The notes: generated by a model from the letters alone, not told the origin. 64,000 nucleotides of DNA from Octopus sinensis (GCF_006345805.1 NC_043021.1:2232001-2296000), one strand, 5' to 3'; counted from the stretch's first letter, positions 25,912 through 40,261 are shown. Program-made: numbers and translations.

Positions 25912-26215
25912 AGGCGCATGGCTAAGTGGTTAGGGTATTCAGCTTGTGATTGTAAGGTCGTGAGTTCAATTCCTGGTGATGCATTGTGTCCTTGAGCAAA
26001 ACACTTTATTTCATGTTGCTCCAGTCCAGTCAACTGGCAAACATGAGTTGTACCTGTATTTCAAAAGGGCCAGCCTTGTCACACATTGTGTCATGATGAA
26101 TCTCCCTGAGAAATACGTTAAAGGTTACACACGTCTATGGAGTACTCGACCACTTGCATGTTAATTTCACAAGCAGGCTGTTCCATTGATTGAGTAAACT
26201 GGAACCGACGGAATG
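25912..26215 (+). mobile_element. SINE family D2 (ggcgcatggctaagtggttagggtattc... gagttcaattcc head)
   Basis: Other copies are at 26247-26760 (split by a MITE), 3290-3542(-), 57345-57480 and 57607-58215 (split by mariner MITEs). Confidence 0.8.
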
Positions 26216-26447
26216 CTAGTTTGTGTGTGTGTCTGTATGTATACATGAAGGCACATGGTCTAGTGGTTAAGGTATTTGACTCATGGTTGTAAGGTCATAA
26301 GTTCAATTCCCGGTGACACGTTGTGTCCTTGAGCAAGACACTTTATTTCACATTGCTCCAGTCCACTCAGCTGGCAAAAATATGAGATGTACTTGTAATT
26401 TAAAACAGCCGGCCTTGTCACATCCTGCGTCACACTGAATCTCTTAA

Positions 26448-26664
26448 CCCTTTTGTTACCATTTTTCTGTTGAGATGTTCTGTGTTTCTTCCAATTACTT
26501 TAAATATAACAAAGAATTTAGTAAAATAACTTAGTTATCATTAAGCTGGTGTTAGGAACATAAATTGTGACGTTTGGTGGAAGATTTTAATTCAAAACTT
26601 ATGAAAACAAGACATTTGTACTACAGAGCCAAAGCCAGTTTCAGCCAGGTTGGTATCGAAAGGG
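26448..26664 (+). mobile_element. piggyBac-type non-autonomous MITE family E, inserted in a D2 SINE
   Basis: Ends are TTAA|CCCTTTTGTTACC ... GGTATCGAAAGGG|TTA, i.e. CCC/GGG termini with a TTAA target. Other copies are at 2379-2710, 53710-53931, 61595-61730 and 61748-61939, with degenerate ones at ~347-472 and in 13990-14865. Confidence 0.85.
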
Positions 26665-27231
26665 TTACATGTCTGTGGAGTGCTCAGCCACTTGCACGTT
26701 AATTTCATGACCAGGCTGTTCGGTCAATCAGGCCAGCTGGAACTTTTGTCATTGTGACTGAGTTATTATATTCATGACACAGACATCTATGTGTGTATTG
26801 TATTCATTTGAAAGGTGCCTCTTGGAGTACACTTTATGTATGTATGAACATAAAGTGGTGTACTTTGAGTTTTTGGACATTTTTTTCAACAGATATGTGT
26901 GTGATTGTGTATATGTTAAGAGCTACATTGTACATAAATTACAAGTGCAAGTTGTGTGTGCACACGATGCACATACACAAACCAAACAACACTTCAAAAG
27001 CCTCTTATCAACCGATTTCAATAGCTCCATGTGTATTCTATTATACACACACATTTTTCTATGTGCGCATTTATGTACAGAATATTATACGAACACACAC
27101 GCACAGAAGTGCTCTTTTAAAACTAAACTATTGTATCTTAACAACTAAACTTTTTTTTTCTATAGATAAACTTTTTAAGACTAATTTGTGTGTGTGTTTA
27201 TGAGTGCATGTATGCATGTACACTGTGTATA

Positions 27232-27680
27232 TCATCATCATTGTTTAACGTCCGCTTTCCATGCTAGCATGGGTTGGACAATTTGACTGAGGACTGGTGA
27301 ACCAGATGGCTGCACCAGGCCCCAATCTGATCTGGCAGAGTTTCTACAGCTGGATGCCCTTCCTAATGCCAACCACTCCAAGAGTGTAGTGGGTGCTTTT
27401 ACATGCCACTGGCACGAGGGCCAGTCAGGCAGTACTGGCAAAGATCTCGCTCGAATGTTTTTTTCACATGCCACCGGCACAAGTGCCAGTAAGGCGACAC
27501 TGGTAACTATCACGCTCGAATGGTCTCTTTTACATGCCACCTGCACAGGAGCCAGTCCAGCAGCACCGGCAATGACCTCACTGGAATGTTTTTTCACATG
27601 CCACCGGCACAAGTGACAGTAAGGTGACACTGGTGACGATCACGCTCGGATGGTGCTCTTTGCGCTCCGCTAGCATTGGG
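27232..27680 (+). mobile_element. SINE/LINE-tail family C (catcatcgtttaacgtccg... ggatgcccttcctaatgccaacc, internal ~40-50-bp subrepeats ttttacatgccaccggcac)
   Basis: This is the most complete copy. Others are at 1-303, 5085-5230, 8220-8400(-), 8945-9185, 28520-28720(-), 28725-28860, 32840-32895(-), 42995-43200 and 63590-63760. Confidence 0.8.
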
Positions 27681-28300
27681 CTACCTTGTATATTCCTCCC
27701 TGAACGGGATGTCTGTCTGCTGCAAGTTAATTCATTCTTACCTGCTGAATATTTGCAGGTAATTCAGCAGTCCATAGAGTTAAATAAACAGCTGTTTGCT
27801 GGTCTTGGGTATTCTGAAAACCTGTGTTTGTATCAAAGGAACAATTGGTGCAATTGGTGCGTCCTGTGCAGTAGATAGTGCAAAGCAGCTCTACACACGT
27901 TTCGGTAGTGTGGTTTCTTCTCAAACATGAGATCTGTTACATAACATGAATGTTTTTCTAATTTGCTATGTAATGAACGCCGTATCTGGGTTTAAACTAT
28001 GTTATTGAAACATATGTAGTGATGTTTTGAATTAGTCTTTGGTTTTTTGTTAAATAAATATAAATATATATCCCAGCTGTCTAGGATAATTGAAAAAATG
28101 AAAAATTCCATCATTAACAACAAAATCTGCTTCATTTCATTTTATTTGACGACATTTATTGAACTCTGTTTAATGAATTCTTATAATAATAATAATATAT
28201 ATATATCATCATCATCATCGTTTATATACATACACAAACACACACACACACATACAAGGCAGTGCCTCAGCATGGCCACAGACTAATAACTGAAACAAAT

Positions 28301-28334
<34 letters not shown>

Positions 28335-28984
28335 GTACAGGCAGAGGTATGGCTGTGTGTTAAGAAGTTTGCTTCCCAACCACATGATTCTAGGTTCAGT
28401 TCCACTGTGTGGTTCGTTGTGAGTGGGTTTGATGGACAGAAACTGACAAACGGTTGTTGTGTGTTTGTATGTGTTTCCCTGTTTTGACATCATGTACTAG
28501 TTGTAAATGAGTGTCACTGACATACAAGCGGTGTCGTTCATTTCCAATATTCTGTGAGAAATATGTAACGGCAACAGGGGGTGGGGGGGTATTGATTGGC
28601 TTGGAAACAAGTAAGGGTTAGTGACAGGAAGGGCATCATCTGGCTCAAGAAAACCTACTTCAATAAACTCCATCTGACCCATGCAGGCATGGAAAATTAG
28701 ACAAAAATTATGATGAGATTCATCATCATCATCATTCAACGTCCGTTTTCCATGCTGGCATGGGTTGGATGTCTTGACAGGAACTGGTAAAATCAGGGGC
28801 CACACCCGGTTCCATAGTTTGTTTTCGCTTGGTTTCTACAGCCAGATGCCCTTCCTAAAGCCAAAAGCACAACGGATGCTATTTACTTAGACCCGACACC
28901 CACACTAATGCTTTCTATGTGGCACTTTGGTTTTAGAATCTCTATTCTGTTGTGGTGGGCAGGGTCTTCTTGAGTACAGCGATG

Positions 28985-29424
28985 TACCACGTCATCTCCT
29001 TCGTAAGGGTCGGCGTTTTGAGAGATTTATGTATAACTTCTTATGGAAGCACTCCGTTGGTTACGACGGTGAGGGTTCCGGTTGATCCGAATCAACGGAA
29101 CAGCCTGCTCGTGAAATTAACGTGTAAGTGGCTGAGCACTCCACAGACACGTGCACCCTTAACGTAGTTTTCGGGGATATTCAGCGTGACACAGAGAGTG
29201 ACAAGGCCAGCCCCTTGAAATACAGGTACAACAGAAACCGGAAGTAAGAGTGAGAGAAAGTTGTGGTGAAAGAGTACAGCAGGGATCATCACCATCCCCT
29301 GCCGGAGCCTCGTGGAGGTTTTAGGTGTTTTCGCTCAATAAACACTCACAACGCGCGGTCTGGGAATCGAAACCGCAATCTTATGACCGCGAGTCCGCTG
29401 CCCTAACCACTGGGCCATTGCACC
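28985..29424 (-). mobile_element. SINE family D copy with the tail shared with family D2
   Basis: The head is at 29350-29424. The body (ctgaatatccccgaaaactacgttaagggtgcacgtgtctgtggagtgctcagccacttac, read on the minus strand) is shared with D2 copies. Confidence 0.8.
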
Positions 29425-30909
29425 TATAACTTCTACATGCTCATCATACACACTGTTATCACTCTCTGTCTTCTGTGTATAATGTAATCCTTGCATTCAG
29501 TGTCGTTGCTCCTTTCCCACACTCTCTGCTGCTCCATTCCTCTGCGTCCAAAACGCCAATTCACAAATTGAGCAAAGTGTCTCTCAAATTCTTAAGTACC
29601 ACATTAAAGCATTTAGTCTCTCACTCTCTCTCTCTCTCTCTCTCTCTCTTTCATTGCTCACTCTTTCCCTCTCAATCACCTACCCTGTTTTTTTCTTTCT
29701 CTCTCTCTCTTCTGTTCTCTGTCATTTCAACGAACAACCCCCTCCCTTGTCCAATCACCCATTTCCTGTCCTGCTTGATCAACCCCCTCCTTAATCTAAT
29801 GTTCTCCCTCTCTTTCTGCCCCCCCCCCCCCCGTCACCCTCACCATCACACGTAAACAGCCAAACTGTTGTGTAACCCTTGACTTCCTAAACTGTCCTGT
29901 AACTGTTGTCAAGTGGTTGCGGTGGTGCAACACACACACACACACACATTAGATTTCTTTCAGTTTCTGTCTACCAAATCCACTGAGAAGCCTTTGGTTG
30001 GCCTATGGCTGTAGCGTAGGACACTTGCCCAAGGTGCCACCTTGTGGGGACTGAACCTGAGCCTACATGACTGGAAAACAAGCTTCTTACCTGTACAGCC
30101 ACGCCTGTGCTTATAACTCTGTTACTCTTACTTGTTTCAGCCATTTGACTGAGGCCATGCTGGAGCACTGCCTTGAGTCGAGCAGATCAACCCCAGGACT
30201 TATTCTCTGTATGCCTGGTACTTATTCTGTCAGTCTCTTTTGCTGAACCACTAAGTTATGGGGAAGTAAACACACCAGCATTGGTTGTCAAGCGATGTTG
30301 GGGGGGACAAACACAGACACACAAACATATGCACACACACACAGTATATAGTAGAAGACATTTGCCCGAGGTGCCACGCAGTGGTACTGAACCCAGAACC
30401 ATGTGGTTGGTAAGCAAGCTACTTACCACACAGCCACTCCTATGCCTACATACATACATACATATATATAATATGTATACACACACACATATAGCTGGGA
30501 TTCTTTCAGTTTCTGTCTACCAAAACCACTGCTTTGGTTGGCCCAATACTATTGTTGAAGACACTTGCTGAGGTGCCACATAGTGGGACTGAACCCTGAA
30601 CCTTGTAGTGGGGAACCAAACTTCTTATCACACAGCCACATGTGCACCTATGAAACAACAATAATAATAATGGTTTCAAATTTTGCCACAAGGGCAGCCA
30701 TTTTGGGGGAGGGGGATGAATCGATTACATCGACCCCAGGGTTCAACTGGTACTTATTTTATCGACCCCAAAAGGACGAAAGGTAAAGTCGACCTTGGAA
30801 TTTGAACTCAGAACGTTGTGATGGGCGAAATACCACTAAGCATTTCATCCGGCGTGCTAACGACTGCCAGCTCACTGCCTTAAATAATAATAATGGCTTC
30901 AAAAGTTTC

Positions 30910-30959
30910 CACAAGGGCAGCCAATTTGGGGGAGGGGCCCCAAATTGGCTGCCCTTGTG
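30910..30959. repeat. 22-bp perfect inverted repeat with a 6-nt loop inside a SINE B copy
   Basis: cacaagggcagccaatttgggg-gagggg-ccccaaattggctgcccttgtg. Confidence 0.95.
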
Positions 30960-32920
30960 TTTCAGCTGGCTCTTATATCGACCCTGAAAGGATGAAAGGC
31001 AAAGTCGACTTTGGCAGAATTTGAACTCAGAACGTAGCATGCTAATGATTCTGCCAGCTCACTGCCTTATGTGATGATAATAATAATAATAATAATAATA
31101 ATAAGCAGAGAACAGGTGTATTATTTGGCTTGTATTCTGCACCCTAGCCTACCCCAAGTTTGGTGCCCCGTGTGTTGCGCCACACTGGTTACTGGAGTGG
31201 AGCGTGCAAAAGATTTGTGGTTACGTGTCGCTCTTGACTGTACCCCCCTCCATTTTTAATCCCCCCACACACACACACACTGATGACTTTTTATATAATT
31301 TTTTTTCAATATAATTTTATTTTTCAAAAAGGTTTCTTTTTTACTGAATTTTTAAATGTTATATATACATAATTGTGTGTGTGTGTATATGTTCATATAT
31401 ATTTATATATTTACACGCACACATGTATGTAAGTGTGTGAATGTGTGTGTTCTTTATTACAAAGAAGTGTGTTGTTTTAGAGAAATACTTCAGACTAACC
31501 TACATTTTCTATCTCTCTCTCTCTCTCTCTCTCTCTTATCTTTTCTTCTTCTCTGTCATCTCCATGTCTCTCATCTAACTTTCTCTCTCTCTCTCTCTCT
31601 TTATCACCTTCCTATCTCTCGCTCCCTCTCATTCATTCCTACCCTTTCTTAATCTTCCTATCTGTCTCTCCTTAAGTCCACTACTTAAAACACACACACA
31701 CACACTCTTCTCCCTGTCTCTCTCTCTCAGCAGAACCAGGAGTATTTTGTGGCATTTAGCTCCAGCTTCTTTGCTACTGAGTTCAATTCCAACCTGGGAC
31801 CATTTTGGCCTTTCATTTTTCAGGGGTTGTTATAACCGACGACATTCTCCCCTCGAGTTCCTCGCATTGTGCTTACCATATTTAATGGCATATAAAACAT
31901 TTTTTTCCCCACCACAAAAAGATTTCCCCAAAAAAACCCATCCTGGGTCCTATATACAAAGTTGAGCCTCCCATAAACTAATTTTGTCCCTGGCCATACT
32001 CAAGCTGGATGCCTCCCTGAAGACCTCCTTCGAATTATGCAGGACTTAGATGGATGAGATGTAGGGGTTAAAAATGTCTGAGCAAGCTCAACCAGATGAT
32101 GACGATGGTGATGACACACTACTAAAATTGGGATGTGTCTAATGTGCCCTTGTGCCATTTATTCTATCTAATATGGTGTATCTTTTACTTGTTTTAGTCA
32201 TGTGACTGCAGGCATGCTGGAGCACCACTTTGAAGAACTTTAAGCCGAATGAATCAACCTGACAAATTTTTTTTGTAAGCCTAGTACTTAGGGATGTAAA
32301 CACACCAACACCCGTTGTCAAGGGGTGAGATGGGGACAAACAGACACAAAGACATACACACATAGCTATACATACATAATGCCACTGCCATCCAACTGGC
32401 ACCTGTGCCAGTGGCACATAAAAACCACCATTCAAGCGTGGCCGAGGCCGGTGGCACATAAAAAGCACCGATGCCTTTACTTGTTTGTCATTTGACCACA
32501 GCCATGCTGGAGCACCACTTTGTAGAATAAATCGCCCCTAGTCTTTTTTTTTTTTATATAAGCCTTATTTTGTTGGTTCTTTTGCTGAACCGTTAAGTCA
32601 ATCTTGAGGGAATTTGAATTCAAAAACATGCTGGCATAAGTAAGTGCATTTTGGGTGAACTCCTTCCTCGAAGACTCATTCCACTTCATGCTGAAGAGCC
32701 CTGACCTAGCACCATTGAGGTACTTGAGTGAGGCACTGAGCCTGGCCGGGTGCCGACGGGGCGGGAAATAATTTAGAGGCTTAGTGCCTCGCATTGTTTA
32801 TTGTCTGATCAGACTGGAACTTGGTGCATCTTATCAGTTTTCTGTCAAACCATCTAACCCATGCCAGCACGGAAAACGGACATTAAATGATGAGATATAT
32901 ATATATATATGTGTGTGTGT

Positions 32921-33220
32921 GTGGAGGCGCAATGGCCCAGTGGTTAGGGCAGCGGACTCGCGGTCGTAGGATTGCGGTTTCGATTCCCAGACCGGGCGTT
33001 GTGAGTGTTTATTGAGCGAAAACACCTAAAGCTCCACAAAGCTCCGGCAGGGGGTGGTGGCTATCCCTGCTGTACTCTTTCGCCGCAACTTTCTCTCACT
33101 CTTTCTTCTGTTGGCCTGCTCACTTAGCCAGTGGGGTGGCGTCATTTGAAGGCTAAAACAATGCGAAGCGCATTGTGACCAGCAATGTGTAGCAACATCT
33201 GATAGACTGGTCGGTCACGA
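32921..33220 (+). mobile_element. SINE family D, tRNA-derived head (ggcgcaatggcccagtggttagggcagcggactcgcggtcgtaggattgcggtttcgattcc)
   Basis: A/B-box-like motifs are followed by a non-tRNA body. Minus copies lie at ~28985-29424 and ~35555-35870. Confidence 0.85.
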
Positions 33221-33629
33221 GGATGATAGGCTTCTTTCAGTTTCCGTCTATCAAATCTACTCCCAAGGCTTCAGCCAGCCTGAGGCTATGGTAGGAGACA
33301 CTTGCTGAAGGTACTGCACAGTGAGACTGAACCGGAAACCATGTGGTTGAGAAACGAACCTCTTGCCACACATCTTGCGACACGAGTTAATAGGTGCCAC
33401 TGTAGTGATGTGTCCGAGGTGTTCTTCTGATTCCCTCCATTGTTAGACACGATAGTCTGTGTTGCCATAGAAACCTGTTCTTCTAGTGACCGCTGCTTCC
33501 ACACATTCTGTCATACTTATATCTCTGAAGAGATTGCTCTATTATTGCACTCTTCTGTCACTGGAAACCACATTCACACCTTGAGGAGATTTTTATTGTC
33601 TGGTTCACTCTTCACTCCAGCAATTTATA

Positions 33630-33715
33630 GGTCTACACCCCTCTCTCTCTCTCTCTCTCTGTTTTTGCTTCACTTTTTTTCATTGCCTCTTTCTCCCTTT
33701 CTCTCTCTTGTGTGC

Positions 33716-33800
<85 letters not shown>

Positions 33801-33809
33801 TGTGTGTGT

Positions 33810-33847
<38 letters not shown>

Positions 33848-34031
33848 TGTGTGTGTCTCTCTCTTTGTGTCTCTCTCTCTCTCTCATTGCCTCACTCTAC
33901 TCTCTTCATTGTCTCATTCCTCCTCTCTCTCTCTCCCTCTTTTTCCCTCTCATTGCTCTTTCCCCCTCTTTACCATTGTGTTTCTCTGTGTCATTCTCTC
34001 TTTCTCCTCCTCTTTGTCATTGCCTCTTTCC

Positions 34032-34064
<33 letters not shown>

Positions 34065-35250
34065 TCACCTCCCATGCCATTCATATACAAACCATTTCTG
34101 CTGTCAGAAATGCCAGTGGTGGCAGCCACCAGTGAGGAGTGTCTGCGTTTTCTTCATGGTTGTGTATCCAAGGGTAGGAGTTAGGTAGTGGGGTTGAGGG
34201 GAGAGGCATGTAAGGCAATTTCCTGTTGGGGCCTTCTCCAGGCAGGGGCCAATTGGATACATCTGGTCTTAGCAGGCACAGTGCAAGGCTCAGCCATCTT
34301 GGGAAACTGGGTCAATCACTTGACATGCAACTCATCCTCAATAACTCTGTGTGTAGGTATATGTGTGTGTGTGTGTGTGTATATACAAAGTAATGTGTAT
34401 GCATGTGTATATTGTATAGTGAGGGTGTGTGTGTATATATATATATGTGTGTGTGTGGATTTGTATATATATATATATACATAGGCAAATTAATCTTTGT
34501 GTGTGTGTATATATATATATATATACACACACACACATATATACAAAGCAATGTACACATAAGTTTGTGTGTGTATATATATATATATATATATACTTAT
34601 ATACATACACAAATTATTGTATGTGTGTATAAATATATACACATACATATATACAAAGTAATGTGCATATAAGCTTGTGTGTGTGTGTATGTGTGTGTGT
34701 ATATATATATATATATATGTAAACACTTAGACACATACATAGATACACATTACTTTGTATAATATATATATACACATAGTATACATGCATACACACTCTT
34801 GTGTTTATATGTGTGTATATATATATGTATATACATGTGTGTGTATATATATATATATGTATATACATGTGTGTGTGTATGTAGTGTGGATATATATCTT
34901 GCACATGCCCAGTACATTTTGATTTTCTACATCATTACTTAGCTCAGAAAATCAAGGCTAAAATTTATTTTATATAAACATTATTTAAAGTAGACAGTGC
35001 TCTGTAATGCATGTATGTATATGTATATATATATATATACACATATATACACGCACGCACCAGATGTGTATGTTTGTGTGTGAATGTGTAGTTGTTCATG
35101 TTTGTATGTATGTCAACATCATCATTTAATGTGTGTTTTGCCGTGCTGGCACGATACACACGCACGCACACACACACACACACACACACACCTCACGTGC
35201 ACACACACACACACCTCAAGTGCACACACACACACACACACGAAGTAATA
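33630..35250. repeat. (CT)n, (TG)n and (TA)n microsatellite field
   Basis: Directly visible. Confidence 0.9.
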
Positions 35251-36621
35251 TTCATCTGGTATAATTATATTCGGTCTGCGCATTTTTGTTTATTGAAAAC
35301 TGCTTACAAGTTGATAAAAGATGTATAAGAGCTGCCAGCCTAGTTGCTGTGGTATAAGAAGTTTGCTTTGCGACCACATGGTTTCAGGTTCAATTCCAGT
35401 AACTGGCGTCTTGAAAATTGTTCTTCTATGGCCTTGGGATGACAAAACCCGAGTGAAATTTGCTTCAAGGAAGTGGATGGAAGATTTCTCTATGTGTATG
35501 TCTGAATTTATGCATATATATATATATATGTGTGTGTGTTTGTATGTGTGTATATCACTTGATCACGTGACCGACCAAGCTATCAGATGTTGTTACACAT
35601 CGCTGGTCACGATACACTTTGCATTGTTTTAGCCTTCAAATGATGCCACCCCACTGGCTAAGTGAGCAGGCTGACAGAAGAAAGAGTGAGAGAAAGTTGC
35701 GGTGAAAGAGTACAACAGGGATTGCCACCATCTCCTGCCGGAGCCTCGTGGACCTTTAGGTGTTTTCACTCAATAAACACTCACAACACCTGGTCTGGGA
35801 ATCGAAACCGCGATCCTATGACCGTGAGTCTGCTGCCCTAACCACTGGGCCATTGTGCCTCCACACACACACACACGTGTATATATGTGTCGCTGTCTTC
35901 ATCTTGATTGCCTTCATCTTTCGTATTCACATCATCCTTCTGTTTATGAATGTCTGGGGCTTTTTCTTGGCAGGGAAGAGTATTTTCATTCCAAACTTTG
36001 GTGATTCACATAAGTTCAATTCGGTGCCAAAAACAAGATAAAAGAAACAAAAAAAAAAACAAACAAAAAAAGCACCCCACCCTACCACCCCTCCGAATAC
36101 TCTAATATGACACACCAAGGCACAAGGCACAAGACACAAACCCCCCACCCCCCGGTCCCCCCTCCTCCACCTACCCGCCGAGCCATAGTCAGGAATCTTC
36201 CCAGAAACGCTCTCCTGAACCCTCAGCCACATCTAAGTTCCTCAAAGGTTACAGAATAAACACCCAGACTGTCCTATCTTGAAATCATTTGCCCTCACCT
36301 CTCCACCTCTCCGCATAATCTGTCATTCCCTTAAACAACAGCAGGCTTTCATTGGCAACTAACAGTAGATAGGGGTGTGTGCGTGTATAGGGGTAGGTTG
36401 GTTAAGGGTGGGTGGAACCCTGGCAGACAGGCCAAGCTTTCATTCCTGATAGGGACAGGGGGGGAGGGTGCGGTGGGATTTAAATCTGAGTTGCTTTATT
36501 TTGGATTTTCTCAGTTATATATAAACTTGAATTAAAAATAAGCAAATGATTTCTTTTTTAAATGTTTGGTTGTGTTTAGATGTGTATGTGTTTATATATC
36601 TATTTATAGGTGTGTGTGTGT

Positions 36622-36678
<57 letters not shown>

Positions 36679-37349
36679 GTGTGTGTATGTATATATATGT
36701 GTGCATAGATGTGTATGTCTTTATATACAGGTGTGTGTGTTTGTATATGTATTTATGCATATATATATATATATATATAAAGAGAGAGAGGGAGGTGTAT
36801 ATGTGTAGATATGTATGTGTTTATATAAGGGTGTCTGTGTAGACATATATATATAGGTGTATATGTGTGTGTGTATATATATATATGAGAAAAACGGTTG
36901 AGTTCTATTTCGTCCTTTACTTTGTGGGGTTCGATTTCGAATAAAGGTTTTTCATATTACATTGGTTGCTTACTGTTGTAAGTATTTTTTTTAAATATGA
37001 AAATGTTACAAGCATAAGGTGTGTTATGAGCATTTATAAAACACGTATCCTATAGAAACTCAGTAAACAAAGATGGAGAAGAGATCCCCTCTCTCTCTTT
37101 CGGAGAGGCACTGAGCAGCTATACACACACATACACACACGGCAGTAACTCCCGCCTACCGAATTCAATCACAAAGCTTCGGTCAACTCGGGGCTATAGT
37201 GGAAGACACCTACCCAAAGCGCCATGCAGTGGGACTGAACCCGAAACCATGTAGCTAGGAAGCAAGATGTTTTTTAAAAACTTTTTGACACCTTCTCTTC
37301 ATCTTTGTTGAGTTTCTGTAGGGTACATGTTCTATAAATGCTCATAACA

Positions 37350-37384
<35 letters not shown>

Positions 37385-38728
37385 TACATACATACACACA
37401 GGTGTGTTTGTAAGGTAAATACCCTAGTCACTTAGCCACATGCCTTCTTGACAGCATCAAAACAAACCCTTTCTTAACCATACAACTCTGCTTATGGCCA
37501 TATTTGAGGCAGGTTTGTTTTTGCTGCTATTTCTAGCAGGTTGCACAACCATGTAGCACACGGTCATATTGGTTGGTTTGGCTATTGTGAAGAGAGAGTT
37601 GGCTTTCTAAATGAATATATAATTGATAAATAAATGAAAGTTAATTACTACATGCAGTGAACCATAAATTTTGTTTTTTCTATGACCTCTTGTTCCAGTC
37701 ATTGAACTGTGGCCATGCTGGGGCACTGCACTGCCTTGAAGGGTCTAGTCAAACAGTCTGTCGATCTCTTTTTGTTTAAGTTGTCAAGTGGTCGGGGGCA
37801 AAGATACACACGCACGCACACACACAGACACACACAGACACACACACATATATAGGCTTCCTTTCAGTTTCTATCTACTAAATCCACTCAGAAGGCTTTG
37901 ATCAACCTGGGGCACTTGCCCAAGGTGACGCAGAATGGGACCGAACCTGAAACCACTAGGTTGCAATGTGAGCCACTTTACCACTCAGCCCCCCCCCCAC
38001 CTGTTTTAGCTAACGAGGAAACAAATTGCATTTTTTTTTTTCCAGTTTTGCAGATCAAATGTATTCAGTTTAACTACCTGTCAGGTGACTTGATTAGCTG
38101 CTTGTACTTGATCCTAATTGATTGATTGATTTTGCATCATTACTATCACCATCATCATCACCACCATTATTGCTCCAATGTCTTTTGATGTCGTCACACT
38201 TCAGTGACCCAAAGTTGCATTATCGTTACTGTATAAAACGAATACGCGTGGTAAGGGTGTGCCGGCTGTTGTTTTTAACACCAGGTTGTCTCCGAATAAG
38301 TTGACTGGCAGGTCTGTGTTCAAAAGGAGTCCAACCATGACCATCCTGTCATTTTTTTTTTTTTTTTTATGTAGTAGGGAACCATGGACTGTATTATCTG
38401 ATATGCTCTTTTCTAAGACAGTGCTGAGGGAGATTTGACTGTAATTTCAACCATGCAGATGACTCCTTCTTTGACCTTCCCTGATAAACTTGTTTTCCAT
38501 TCTCCACACATTTTTTTTTTTTATCAAATCGTTTTCCTAATTTTTGATAGTGAAATTTGTTTTATTGATTACTGATACATTTAAGGTACAGGATCCCTGG
38601 TTCAGTCCCCCCGCATTGCACCTTGGGTTAGTGGTTTTCTACTATATAGCCTCAGGCTGGCCAATGCTTTGTGAGTGGATTCAGTAGATGGAAACTGTAA
38701 GAAGCCTTATGTGTATGTATGTATATAT

Positions 38729-38784
<56 letters not shown>

Positions 38785-39105
38785 TGCACATACATTATTA
38801 AAGCTGCAAAAACATCACCGAAATATCATAAAAAGCTGCTGCTCAGAGTTTCATGTTTCTGCTCATCAGACACTTTAGATTGAGAATGGAACAAAATAAA
38901 ATTTATATGTATAAAATATACAATTTACATTGACAGATAGACATTTGAAATTGGTTTCTTTCCATTGGTTCTTTTAACTAACGGGGTTTTTTTTCTAATC
39001 AATGATGATCGGTTTAAAATCATATTATGTGAGAGCGAAGAAATCCTTAAATCAAAATTTCAAAAACGACTGTAGTTAGAAGGAAAAGACATATATAAAT
39101 ATATT

Positions 39106-39139
<34 letters not shown>

Positions 39140-40261
39140 CACGTCTTTGTCCCTCATCACTGCTTTGCCATCCAGTGTCGGTGTGTTTATGTCCACATAC
39201 TTTAGCTGTTAGGCAAAAGAGTCTGATAGAATAAATACCTGGTTTTAAAGAAAATTAGTAAAAGATTTGACTAAAGATTCTTCAAAGTGGTGCCCCAGCA
39301 TGGCCAAAGTTTAATGACTGAAACAAGTAAAAAGAAGAAAGGAAAAAAACGAACAATTATCAATGTTTTAGTTTCTCTGTCAATTATTTTTCCGCTTCAA
39401 TTGTTTCAGATCAATGAAGTGACCCACATGTTGGAATCAGCTGACTTAGCAGATTACAGTTGCTTTTGTGCATGTGTATGTATGCGCATGCATGCAGGCA
39501 TGCACACACTCACAGGCATACATACACCAAGATAACCTCAGATTCCTGTGGACAGTGGATCAAACATTGGCTAGCTTAAGAACAGCGCCACCTGCCATCA
39601 TCGGGCAGAGAATTGGAACCTTTGAATGGATGAAAGCAATAAAACTGATGCATGTTGCTTAATCTAATCCTTCCAACAAATCCAAAGAACTCAAAGATGC
39701 GAGGGGGGGGTAGACATACAGACAGACTGACCTCTGACTGTCCAGATCATTAGAATTTTACCTTTTTCCTTTAATAGAGTGATGCATACAACACCTTGCA
39801 GTGTTTAGTCATGTGTCTCTCTCTCTCTTGACATCCTGAGCTCAAATACTGTCATGGCCAACTTTGCTTCCTTCTGAAGATAACAAAATATGGTTCGGAC
39901 CTATTTTGGTTAGAATGCCACCTTTATTTTGAAAGAGTTAAAAATACTTAGCGGTATTTCGCCCATCACTACATTCTGAGTTCAAATTCCACCAAGGTCG
40001 ACTTTACCTTTCATCCTTTCAGGATCAATAAATTAAGTACCAGCTGAACACTTGGGTCGATGTAATCGACTCATCCCGACCTCCTCCAAAATGGCTGCCC
40101 TTGTGGCAAAATTCAAAACCATTATTATTATTGTTGTTGTGATTGTTTTGCTTTGATTTATGCCACAAAAGTCTTTTATTTCTTCTGTTCTTTTGTTTTT
40201 TGTTGCAATTTTGTTCCATTGATCTACTATATGTATACAATGCATCTATATGTATATATAG

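Noticed and set aside
32921-33000. tRNA genes (also 25912, 26247, 41075-41157, 57345, 57610, 58530-58600)
   Set aside because: A/B boxes are present, but there is no proper acceptor stem or cloverleaf. Except for the isolated degenerate 58530-58600 stretch, each continues into a shared SINE body, so they are SINE heads.
38205-38250. 46-nt + strand cassette exon (cttcag|TGACCC...GCGTG|gtaagg; DPKLHYRYCIKRIRV)
   Set aside because: It has no homology, would shift the frame, and its U2-type sites are incompatible with the U12 acceptor downstream. Chance sites of this quality are expected in 64 kb.
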